32,000 nt of DNA, taken from the NCBI RefSeq assembly GCF_001457595.1, contig NZ_LN831039.1, positions 4,650,001 through 4,682,000 on the forward strand, written 5' to 3'. Of this stretch, positions 9,348 to 17,473 are shown in pieces. How positions within the stretch are numbered: position 1 is the first letter of the stretch; each line of letters begins with the position of its first letter. The notes beneath the pieces were generated by a model. It saw only the letters and a list, made by a program, of their open reading frames with translations. It was not told the DNA's origin and did not search any database. A program made the translations under genes and the position numbers. The stretch is from Mycolicibacterium smegmatis. GTDB lineage: Bacteria; Actinomycetota; Actinomycetes; Mycobacteriales; Mycobacteriaceae.

Positions 9348-9375
9348 TGTCTTGCGTATCGCGTCTTCCTAATGT
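9348..9375 (+). promoter_or_regulatory. Putative sigma-70-type promoter for the 9400-15650 operon
   Basis: TTGTCT (9348-9353), a 16-nt spacer, then TAATGT (9370-9375, fits TANNNT). GGAG at 9387-9390 lies before the ATG at 9400. This is a hexamer match only. Confidence 0.25.
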
Positions 9376-9399
9376 CGGGCGTATGCGGAGATTCGAAGG

Positions 9400-10416
9400 A
9401 TGAGCCGGGCCCGGCGCAGTGACGGTCCGGTGATCGACATCCACTGTCATCGCGAATGCGGGCCGGCCGCCGAGTTCATGGCCGACGCCGCGCGGGCAGC
9501 GGGAAAAGTGGCGCTGGGACACGGCAATCCGACCACCCAGGCGGTGAACCGGCGCCAACTCGCATTGATCCGGCCCAAGATGGACTTCCTCGACGTCCGG
9601 CTCGCCGACATGGACCGCATGGGCGTGGACATCCAGGCGGTCGCGGTCTCGGTGTACCAGTACTACTACTGGGCCGACGCCGAACTCGGTGCCAAGGTCG
9701 CACGGATCGTCAACGAGGAACTCGTCGAGTCGACATCGGCACACCCCGGCCGGTTCCTTCCACTGGGCACCGTGCCGCTTCAGGACACCGAAGCAGCGAT
9801 CGCCGAATTACGCTATCTGGCATCAGAACTCGGCATGCGCGGCATCGAAATCGGCACGCACGTCGAGGGTGAGGAGATCTCGAGCCCGCGGCTGGAACCG
9901 TTCTGGGCCGAGGTCGAGGCGCTCGGTCTCGTCGTCGTCATCCACACGCAGGGAGCCACGCACCCCCAGCGACTGGCAGACCACAATTTCGTGAACATCA
10001 TCGGCCACGCGTTCGAGGCCACGCTGGCCACCGCGCATCTCATCTTCGACGGTGTCGTGGCGCGCCACCCCGATCTGAAGATCGTCGTCGTGCACGGCGG
10101 CGGCTACCTGCCCGCGTATGCCGGACGCATCGACCACGGCTGGAATGCGCGCGACGACGTCCGCGAAGGGGTTCCCGAACTCCCAAGCCACTATCTGCGC
10201 AAGTTCTACTTCGACACCATGGTGTTCGAACCCGACCAACTCGAATACCTCATCGGCAAGTACGGCGCCGACCACGTCGTCCTCGGCACCGACTACCCGT
10301 ACGACATGGGTGACGACGATCCACTCGGGCTGCTCGGAGAAGTCCCCGGACTGGATCAGGCCAAGGTCGATCTCATCGCAGGCGGAAACGCCGCACGACT
10401 TCTGGGGTTGTTATGA
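9400..10416 (+). CDS. Amidohydrolase_2 (ACMSD/LigJ-like, COG2159-type) family protein
   Basis: N-terminal metal motif VIDIHCH. VVHGGGYLPAYAGRIDHGW and LGTDYPYDMG are typical of the family. Confidence 0.85.
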   Translation: MSRARRSDGPVIDIHCHRECGPAAEFMADAARAAGKVALGHGNPTTQAVNRRQLALIRPKMDFLDVRLADMDRMGVDIQAVAVSVYQYYYWADAELGAKVARIVNEELVESTSAHPGRFLPLGTVPLQDTEAAIAELRYLASELGMRGIEIGTHVEGEEISSPRLEPFWAEVEALGLVVVIHTQGATHPQRLADHNFVNIIGHAFEATLATAHLIFDGVVARHPDLKIVVVHGGGYLPAYAGRIDHGWNARDDVREGVPELPSHYLRKFYFDTMVFEPDQLEYLIGKYGADHVVLGTDYPYDMGDDDPLGLLGEVPGLDQAKVDLIAGGNAARLLGLL

Positions 10417-11555
10417 GCACACCACTACCTGCGCACGGCTCCGTCGGGCTCGCGGTCATCGGATGCGGCACGGTCGGCAGGATCCGCGCGATGCTGGCAC
10501 GGGAGTATCCCGGCATCGAATGGCTCGGTCTGTGCGACGTCGACGAGCAGGTCCTCAAGGACCTGACCGCCGACACCGATGCCGACTTCGCCACCACGGA
10601 CATCACCGAACTGCTGGCACGGCCCGAGGTGGGCGCGGTCATCATCGCGACCGATGAACGCGAGCACGTCGATCCGATCCTGCGTTCGGTGGAACTGGGT
10701 GTCCCGCTGTTCATCGAGAAGCCACTGGCCACCGATCCGGCGGACTCCGCTCGCGTGCTCGCGGCGATCACCGATGCCGGCGTCGACGCCGTCGTCGGCT
10801 ACACCCAGCGGTTCCGGCGACGATTCCAGACCGTCAAGCAACGCCTACGCGACGGCCAGATCGGTGATGTCACAACGGTCGTCACCCGGGCGTTCATGAA
10901 TCGCATGGTCCCGGAGGCCACCCTGCGGAAGGTGACGGACACGACCAACCTCACCCCCATGGTGGTATCGGGCACCCACAGCCTCGACATGTGCATGTGG
11001 CTGCTGGAGGGCCGAAAGCCGGTCGAGGTGTATGCGCGCTCCACCGACCGCACCCTGGGCCCGATCGGCACCAAGGACGGTACGTCGGGGATCTTCACGA
11101 TGGACGACGGCGTGGTGTTCAGCATGAACATCAACTGGGCGCTGCCGACGGTCTGGCCGGGCGCGGTGTACGGACTGGAGATCGGCATCGTCGGGACCCG
11201 CGGCGTGATCGACATCGAGGACACCCACCGCGACGTCATCCTCGCCTCCGAGATCGGGCAGCCTGCGGGATACAACAGCCGTGGATTCGAGCCACCCGCA
11301 CCCCGGCACGTGGATTTCGTGGGCAGCTATCCCCCGGGCGACGTATCGGACGGCATGTTGTGGGGCCCGATGCGCGAGGAGACCACCACCTGGTTCGCCC
11401 GGATCTGCCGCGGTATCAACACACCACACGCCACCGCGGCAGACGGCCACGCCAACCTGATCCACACCATGGCAATGGATTTGTCCTCGCGGACCGGCCG
11501 CCCCGTTCCCCTGCCGATAGACCCCGGTGAACTCCTCGCCGGACTCAAACCCTGA
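10413..11555 (+). CDS. Gfo/Idh/MocA family oxidoreductase
   Basis: N-terminal Rossmann fold LAVIGCGTVG and the EKP motif (LFIEKPLATD). ATGA overlap with the upstream gene. Confidence 0.85.
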   Translation: MSTPLPAHGSVGLAVIGCGTVGRIRAMLAREYPGIEWLGLCDVDEQVLKDLTADTDADFATTDITELLARPEVGAVIIATDEREHVDPILRSVELGVPLFIEKPLATDPADSARVLAAITDAGVDAVVGYTQRFRRRFQTVKQRLRDGQIGDVTTVVTRAFMNRMVPEATLRKVTDTTNLTPMVVSGTHSLDMCMWLLEGRKPVEVYARSTDRTLGPIGTKDGTSGIFTMDDGVVFSMNINWALPTVWPGAVYGLEIGIVGTRGVIDIEDTHRDVILASEIGQPAGYNSRGFEPPAPRHVDFVGSYPPGDVSDGMLWGPMREETTTWFARICRGINTPHATAADGHANLIHTMAMDLSSRTGRPVPLPIDPGELLAGLKP

Positions 11556-11572
11556 TTCGAAAGGACCCGGGC

Positions 11573-12652
11573 ATGCGCCAGATCAATCTCGGAATCATCG
11601 GAACCGGTTGGTGCGGCGGCATCCGCGCCGTCACGGCGTCGCGAAGCCCACTCGTCGCCGATCTGCATCTCGCCGAGATCAACCCGGCGCGGAGGGCCGA
11701 GATCACCGGACTGACCGATCCGACGTACGTCACCGAGCATTGGCAGGAACTCGTCGAGAATCCGGGCCTCGACGCGATCGTCGTCTCCGCCACACCCGAG
11801 GACCTGCACTACCCGATGACGAAAGCTGCTCTGGAAGCGGGCAAGCACGTGCTTCTCGAGAAGCCCGTGGCCGTGACCCTGGCCGAGGCCGACGAACTCA
11901 TCGCGCTGGCCGAGAGCGCCAACCTCAAGTTCACGATCGGTTACTCGCAGCGGTTCAACGACAAACAGGCCATGATCAAACGGGCCATCAACGACGGTAC
12001 ATTGGGGAACGTCACCAGCATCCTGCTGAGCCGCCACATCACACGATCGCTGGGCGCCAAGATCTCCTCGCGCACAAAGCTGTCCCCCGCTGCCATGGAA
12101 GCCACTCACGATCTCGATTTCGCGTTCTGGTGCCTTGAGCCACGCCGGCCCGTGCGGGTGTACTCGCAGAACGCCTGGGGCGTAAGGGCATCCACCCTCG
12201 GCTCACCCGACACCCAGTACCTGGTGGTGACCATGGACGACGGTGTGGTGGTGACGGTCGGCGCCGGCATGTCCCTGCCGCCGGGCTATCCGAACGCGTC
12301 GACGACCTGGATGGAGGTGATCGGCACCGAGGGCGCGGTGCTCGCCGACGCCAGCCACCGTGACATCGTGCTGAACACCGTGAGCAACGGCGTGCAATTC
12401 CCGTTGTCCACCATGCCCGGCGAATTCGTCGACCACGTGTACTCGGGGCCCATGGAACGCGAGACCACGCACTTCATCGAAGCCGTCGCCTGTGACCGCC
12501 CGGTCCTGGTGGAGGCACGACTCGCGCGCGTCACCATGGAGGTCTACCTGGCCGCCGATCTCTCCGCGCAGCGCAACGAAGTGGTGCACCTGCCGTTGTC
12601 CGAGGAGGACATCCTCCAGACGCAAGCCGAGACGGCCCTGAGCCGCGCATGA
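11573..12652 (+). CDS. Gfo/Idh/MocA family oxidoreductase (paralogue of the preceding gene)
   Basis: LGIIGTGWCGG, VLLEKPVAVT, AAAGGA RBS. Confidence 0.85.
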   Translation: MRQINLGIIGTGWCGGIRAVTASRSPLVADLHLAEINPARRAEITGLTDPTYVTEHWQELVENPGLDAIVVSATPEDLHYPMTKAALEAGKHVLLEKPVAVTLAEADELIALAESANLKFTIGYSQRFNDKQAMIKRAINDGTLGNVTSILLSRHITRSLGAKISSRTKLSPAAMEATHDLDFAFWCLEPRRPVRVYSQNAWGVRASTLGSPDTQYLVVTMDDGVVVTVGAGMSLPPGYPNASTTWMEVIGTEGAVLADASHRDIVLNTVSNGVQFPLSTMPGEFVDHVYSGPMERETTHFIEAVACDRPVLVEARLARVTMEVYLAADLSAQRNEVVHLPLSEEDILQTQAETALSRA

Positions 12653-13725
12653 CCGATGCGGCCGAGTGGTGGCCGGAACTGGCGCCGCGCATCGAGACGT
12701 CGCGCGCACCCAAACCGCCCGGCACCTGCGTGGACGCCCACACCCACCTGTCGGTGAAACCCGCTGCGGCACTCGCGAAACCATACTTCCGCCCCGAATA
12801 CGAACCGCGGTCGCTGTACTCGTCGGAGGAGACCACGCGCTACAACGCCGAATACCGCGCGAGCCCACTCAACACCGCACAGTTCGAGGAGGCCGAGCAA
12901 CGCCTGGCCGACATGGACGCCCAGGGCGTCGACATCCAACTGCTCGCGGTGCCACCGACCGAGTACTTCTATTGGCTTCCCGAAGATGAGGCGTTACAGG
13001 CCAACCGGATTCAACACGAACGCATCGCCGAGGTGGTGACGACATGGCCGACCCGGTTCGCCGGGGTGGCCAACGTCCCGATGAACTACCCCAAGCTGGC
13101 GGTGGAGACCCTGCGGGAAGCGCAGCGTGAGTTCGGCTTCCACGGCGTCGAGATCAGCGCCGACGTGCTGGGCCTGGATCTCGACGACCGGCGGTTCGAT
13201 CCGTTCTGGGAGGCTGTCGTCGAACTGGACATGACGGTGATCCTGCATCCCCAGGGATTCACGCACGGCCAGCGGTTCACCGACTACTACCTGGTGAACG
13301 TCATGTGCATGCCGTTGGCCTCCACGCTGGCCGTGACGCGGATGATCCTCGGCGGTGTATGGAGGCGTCACCCGCACCTGCGCGTGCTGGTGGTGCACGG
13401 CGGCGGGTACCTGCCGTTCTACATCGCACGTACCGACCACGCCTGGCGGGTGCGGCCCGAACTGCGCCATCATCTCGACATCCCGCCGAGCGAGGTGCTG
13501 CGCTCGATCTATGTGGACACCAACGTGTTCGATGCGCGGATGGTCGAGCAACTCGTACGCGACCTGGGTGCCGATCACGTGGTGATGGGCACCGACTACC
13601 CGTTCGACATGAGCACGGTCGACCCGGTCGCGTTCCTCTCCGGAACACGAATGTCCGAGGATGACCGGGCACAGGTGCTGGGCGGCAACGCGATCCGCCT
13701 GTTCAAGATCGACGCGGCACCATGA
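12649..13725 (+). CDS. Amidohydrolase_2 family protein (paralogue of 9400-10416)
   Basis: CVDAHTHLS, VVHGGGYLPFYIARTDHAW, MGTDYPFDM. ATGA overlap with the upstream gene. Confidence 0.85.
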   Translation: MTDAAEWWPELAPRIETSRAPKPPGTCVDAHTHLSVKPAAALAKPYFRPEYEPRSLYSSEETTRYNAEYRASPLNTAQFEEAEQRLADMDAQGVDIQLLAVPPTEYFYWLPEDEALQANRIQHERIAEVVTTWPTRFAGVANVPMNYPKLAVETLREAQREFGFHGVEISADVLGLDLDDRRFDPFWEAVVELDMTVILHPQGFTHGQRFTDYYLVNVMCMPLASTLAVTRMILGGVWRRHPHLRVLVVHGGGYLPFYIARTDHAWRVRPELRHHLDIPPSEVLRSIYVDTNVFDARMVEQLVRDLGADHVVMGTDYPFDMSTVDPVAFLSGTRMSEDDRAQVLGGNAIRLFKIDAAP

Positions 13726-14762
13726 TGCGTGTTCCCGCCGCGACGCTCGAGCGTTTCGCCGCCGACGCCCTGCGCACGAGCGGCGTCGCGAGCGACCATG
13801 CCGACATCACCGCGCGCCGCCTCGTCGAGGCCGACATGCGTGGACGCACCGGGCACGGCCTGATCCGGCTGCCCTCCTACCTGTCGCGTATCCGGGCGGG
13901 CGGGGTGAACGTGCGTCCCGAGATCGCGGTGCTCCACGAGACACCGGTGTCCGCGCTGATCGACGGCGACAACGCACTCGGACAGGTGGTGATGACCAGG
14001 GCCACCGAGTTGGCCATCGAGAAGGCGCGACAATCGGGGCTGGCGTGGGTGGGCACCGTGCACTCGAATCATGCGGGCGCGGCCGGTCTGTACGCGCACA
14101 TGGCCGCCGACGCTGGATGCGTCGGGATCTACCTCGCCGTGGCCAACGCCAACGGGATGCCGCCCTGGGGCGGGACGAACCCGCTGCTCGGCACCAACCC
14201 GCTGGCGATCGCGATCCCCACCACCTCGACCCCGTTCGTGCTCGACATCGCCACCACCACGGCATCACACGGCACCATCAAAGTGGCTGCCCGCGAGGGT
14301 CGCCCGATGCCCCAGGGGTGGGTCATCGACACGGCGGGCCGACCGATCACCGACCCGTCGAAAGCCCACGAGGGTTTCCTGGTGCCGATCGGCGGCTACA
14401 AGGGTGCCGGCCTCACCATCGCGATCGGCCTGCTCGCCGGCGTGCTCAACGGGGCCGCGTTCGGCGCCGACGTGATCGACCATCGCGTCGACGGGAGCAC
14501 CCCGACCAACACCGGGCAGGCCGTCCTGGTGCTGCGCACCGACCTGTTCCGCCCAAAGCCCGTAGTCCTCGCGGAGCTCACACGTCATCTGGACGCGCTG
14601 CGCGACTCGGGCGCGATCGACGGTGGCCGCGTGAGGCTTCCCGGGGACGAGGCGGCCCGAATGCAAGCCGACGCCCAACGATTCGGCGTGCCGGTGCCGG
14701 ACAAACTCGCCGCGCAACTGCGCGACGTGGCACGTGACACCGGAGTCGAGTCCCCCTTCTAG
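13722..14762 (+). CDS. Ldh_2 (malate/L-lactate/ureidoglycolate dehydrogenase type 2) family oxidoreductase
   Basis: RRLVEADMRGRTGHGLIRLPSYLSRIRAG and SNHAGAAG are typical of the family. ATGA overlap with the upstream gene. Confidence 0.85.
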   Translation: MMRVPAATLERFAADALRTSGVASDHADITARRLVEADMRGRTGHGLIRLPSYLSRIRAGGVNVRPEIAVLHETPVSALIDGDNALGQVVMTRATELAIEKARQSGLAWVGTVHSNHAGAAGLYAHMAADAGCVGIYLAVANANGMPPWGGTNPLLGTNPLAIAIPTTSTPFVLDIATTTASHGTIKVAAREGRPMPQGWVIDTAGRPITDPSKAHEGFLVPIGGYKGAGLTIAIGLLAGVLNGAAFGADVIDHRVDGSTPTNTGQAVLVLRTDLFRPKPVVLAELTRHLDALRDSGAIDGGRVRLPGDEAARMQADAQRFGVPVPDKLAAQLRDVARDTGVESPF

Positions 14763-14774
14763 AGAGGACGACAC

Positions 14775-15650
14775 ATGAAACTCGCCACCTATCGGCGGCC
14801 AGGGGGCGCCCCCGAGATCGGTGTGGTCGACGGAGACAAACTGGTGCCGCTCACCGCCGAGGACGGCTTCCCGCCCACCATGGTGGAGTTCGTCGCACTT
14901 GGCGCCGAAGGTCTGCGTCGTGCGGCGAAGGTGGCGGCCACCGCGCCCCGTATCGCGGCCGGCACCGTCCGGTTACTGGCACCGATCCGTCCGCACAACA
15001 ACGTGATGTGCGTGGGCAAGAACTACCATGACCACGCCGAGGAGTTCGCGGGCAGCGGTTTCGACGCCAGCCAGAAACAGGTGGTTCCCGACATCCCGGT
15101 GATCTTCACCAAGGCGCTGTCGTCGATCGTCGGTCCGGGTGACGAGGTCCGCGTGAGCGATGACCCCACGCACACGAGCGATTACGAGGGCGAACTCGCG
15201 GTGGTGATCGGCGAGGGCGGGCATCGGATCGCCGCGGCGGATGCGTTCGCACACGTCTACGGCTACACCATCGTCAACGACGTCACGATCCGCGATCTGC
15301 AGAAGCGCCATGTGCAGTTCTTCATCGGCAAGAGCGCCGCCACCTACGGTCCGATGGGTCCGGTGCTGGTGACCGCCGACGAGATCGGCGACGTGAACGC
15401 CTTGCGGGTGCAGACCCGGATCAACGGGGAGTTGCGTCAGGACGCACCGCTGGCCGACCTGATCTTCGACATCCCCACGGTGATCGAGGCGATCTCGGCG
15501 GCGGTGCTGCTGCAACCCGGCGACGTGATCGCCACCGGCACACCGGCCGGTGTGGGCATCGGGTTCACCCCGCCGCGTTTCCTGTCGCCGGGCGACCTCA
15601 TGGAGGTCACCGTCGACGGCATCGGCACGCTGTCCAATCCTGCTGTGTAG
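14775..15650 (+). CDS. Fumarylacetoacetate hydrolase (FAH) family protein
   Basis: VMCVGKNYHDHAEE, IFTKALSS, DYEGELAVVIG, YTIVNDVTIRDLQ, ATGTPAGVG. Confidence 0.9.
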   Translation: MKLATYRRPGGAPEIGVVDGDKLVPLTAEDGFPPTMVEFVALGAEGLRRAAKVAATAPRIAAGTVRLLAPIRPHNNVMCVGKNYHDHAEEFAGSGFDASQKQVVPDIPVIFTKALSSIVGPGDEVRVSDDPTHTSDYEGELAVVIGEGGHRIAAADAFAHVYGYTIVNDVTIRDLQKRHVQFFIGKSAATYGPMGPVLVTADEIGDVNALRVQTRINGELRQDAPLADLIFDIPTVIEAISAAVLLQPGDVIATGTPAGVGIGFTPPRFLSPGDLMEVTVDGIGTLSNPAV

Positions 15651-15668
15651 CAGGCAAAACAGCGTGCC
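15624..15668. terminator. Nested stem-loop at the convergent FAH / ABC-ATPase junction (candidate factor-independent, U-tract-less terminator)
   Basis: The outer arm ggcacgctgt (15624-15633) pairs with acagcgtgcc (15659-15668). The inner hairpin pairs cctgct (15639-15644) with agcagg (15649-15654) around loop gtgt. That gives 16 bp in total, and the structure encloses the FAH stop TAG (15648-15650). Confidence 0.45.
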
Positions 15669-15687
15669 GTGCGCCACCCGGTGCGGA

Positions 15688-16431
15688 TCAGGAGACGGCC
15701 AACGCCCCGATGTCTTCGAAGGTCTTGAACACCTCGGCCTTGGTGACGGCCACGTCGGCATCGGCCGGATCACGCGGGAACGGCAGCGTGAGCTTGATGT
15801 CGTCGGCAAGGCGACCGCCCTTGGCGAACACCAGGATCCGGTTCGACAGCTCGACGGCCTCGCCGACGTCGTGCGTCACGAAGACCACGGTCTTGCCGGT
15901 CTCGGCCCAGATGGTGTGCAGTTCGCGCCGCAGCGTGCGCGCCGTGATCGCATCGAGGTGGCTGAACGGTTCGTCCATGAACAGCACATCGGGTTCGGTC
16001 GCGAAAGCGCGCGCGATGCCCACGCGCTGCTGCATGCCGCCCGACAGTTCCCCTGGGTACTTGTCCCCTTTGTCGCCGAGTTGCACCATCTCCAGGTAAT
16101 GCCGGCACCGCGCACGTGTATCGGGCGAGCGGTCCTTCTGGACGAACAGCATGTTGTCCATCACGCTGCGCCACGGCAGCAGCCGGGCGGCCTGGAACAC
16201 GTAGCCCGCGCGTGCCGGCCTGCCGTTCTCCGTGATGCTCACCCGGCCGCTGGTGGGCGTCTCGATGCCGCTGAGGATGTTCAGCAGCGTCGACTTTCCG
16301 CACCCGGACGCCCCGACGATCGATACGAAGGCGTGCCCGCTGATGCTCAGGTTCACGTTCTCCAGCGCGATGACCTTGTCGGCGCCGAGTCCGAATTCCT
16401 TGTGCAGGTTGGTGACAGAGATTTCAGCCAC
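15688..16431 (-). CDS. ABC transporter ATP-binding protein (NitT/TauT, SsuB/TauB-like)
   Basis: Walker A GASGCGKSTLL, signature LSGGMQQRVGIARA, Walker B LFMDEPFSHLD. The GTG start has an AGGAGA RBS embedded in the upstream permease gene. Confidence 0.9.
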   Translation of the reverse strand: MAEISVTNLHKEFGLGADKVIALENVNLSISGHAFVSIVGASGCGKSTLLNILSGIETPTSGRVSITENGRPARAGYVFQAARLLPWRSVMDNMLFVQKDRSPDTRARCRHYLEMVQLGDKGDKYPGELSGGMQQRVGIARAFATEPDVLFMDEPFSHLDAITARTLRRELHTIWAETGKTVVFVTHDVGEAVELSNRILVFAKGGRLADDIKLTLPFPRDPADADVAVTKAEVFKTFEDIGALAVS

Positions 16432-17473
16432 GGTCGTTTCTCCTGTCGTTGTCGGGCGCGCCCGGCGCCGTGGATGGGGGTTGGTCGTCGTTGGGGCCCT
16501 GGGTCACCAGGGTGATGCTGCCCAGCGCCGCGCTGGTGGTGGTGGCGCCGGTCTCGGCCGCCGCGACGGCGGCCTGGGCGGGAGCGTCGAAACGCTCCTC
16601 GACCACGTCGACCGCATCGATCGCCGGGCGCCACTTGAACAGGCGCTTCGACAACTGGTCGAACATGAACTTCTCGAAGATCAGCGCGAAGATGACGAAC
16701 AGCAGTGCATATCCGATGACGCCGTAGGCACGGTGCGCGTCGTACCAGAACTTGATGGTCCAGCCGGCCCCGTCCTGACCACCGAACACCTCGGCGACCA
16801 CCAGGCCCTTCCATCCGAGGGCGAAACAATACCGTGCGGCGGCGAACAGGAACGGCAACAACGACGGGATCAGCACGTGGCGGATCACGCGGTCGCGCGG
16901 CACGCCGAACGCGCGCGCCATGTCGTACAGATCCGTCGGCGTGTTCCGTACGCCCTCACGGACGTTGATGATCACGAACGGAACACCCGTCAGCACCACG
17001 GTGACGATCGGTCCGACGTCACCGAATCCGAAAGCCAGGCTGCAGAACAACGCCCACGCCAGGTTCGGCATCGCCAGGATCGCGACCACCCAGTCGTTGA
17101 AGAACGCGTCGACCGCTTTGGACAGGCCCATCGCGATGCCGATGACGGTTCCGATCACCATCGCGATCAGCATGCCGATGCCCAGCCGCTGCAAGGAGAT
17201 CCCGAACGTCACGTACATGTTGTGCGGCGCCAGGGTGTCACCCCGCAGCTCGTCGGCCATGAAACCGAACACCTGCCACGGTGTGGGCAGGACGTCCACC
17301 GCGAACGGCCAGATGGTGGTGACCGCCTTGATCGCGGCCAGCCAGAACAGCAGGCACACAACCGGGAACAGCAACCGACCTGCCCACGAACTGCGCATCA
17401 ACCACTGCCAGCCCGTGGTGAGGGCCGAGGGGCGCTCGTGGGCACCCACTTCGGAACGCGTCAGAACGCTCAT
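16424..17473 (-). CDS. ABC transporter permease (NitT/TauT family) with a low-complexity C-terminal tail of about 65 aa
   Basis: The internal ATG at 17473 (MSVLTRSE...) forms an ATGA overlap with the upstream permease stop. The product is a multi-span hydrophobic protein. The N-terminal 67 codons of the 17674 ORF are an Arg-rich shadow. Confidence 0.85.
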   Translation of the reverse strand: MSVLTRSEVGAHERPSALTTGWQWLMRSSWAGRLLFPVVCLLFWLAAIKAVTTIWPFAVDVLPTPWQVFGFMADELRGDTLAPHNMYVTFGISLQRLGIGMLIAMVIGTVIGIAMGLSKAVDAFFNDWVVAILAMPNLAWALFCSLAFGFGDVGPIVTVVLTGVPFVIINVREGVRNTPTDLYDMARAFGVPRDRVIRHVLIPSLLPFLFAAARYCFALGWKGLVVAEVFGGQDGAGWTIKFWYDAHRAYGVIGYALLFVIFALIFEKFMFDQLSKRLFKWRPAIDAVDVVEERFDAPAQAAVAAAETGATTTSAALGSITLVTQGPNDDQPPSTAPGAPDNDRRNDRG

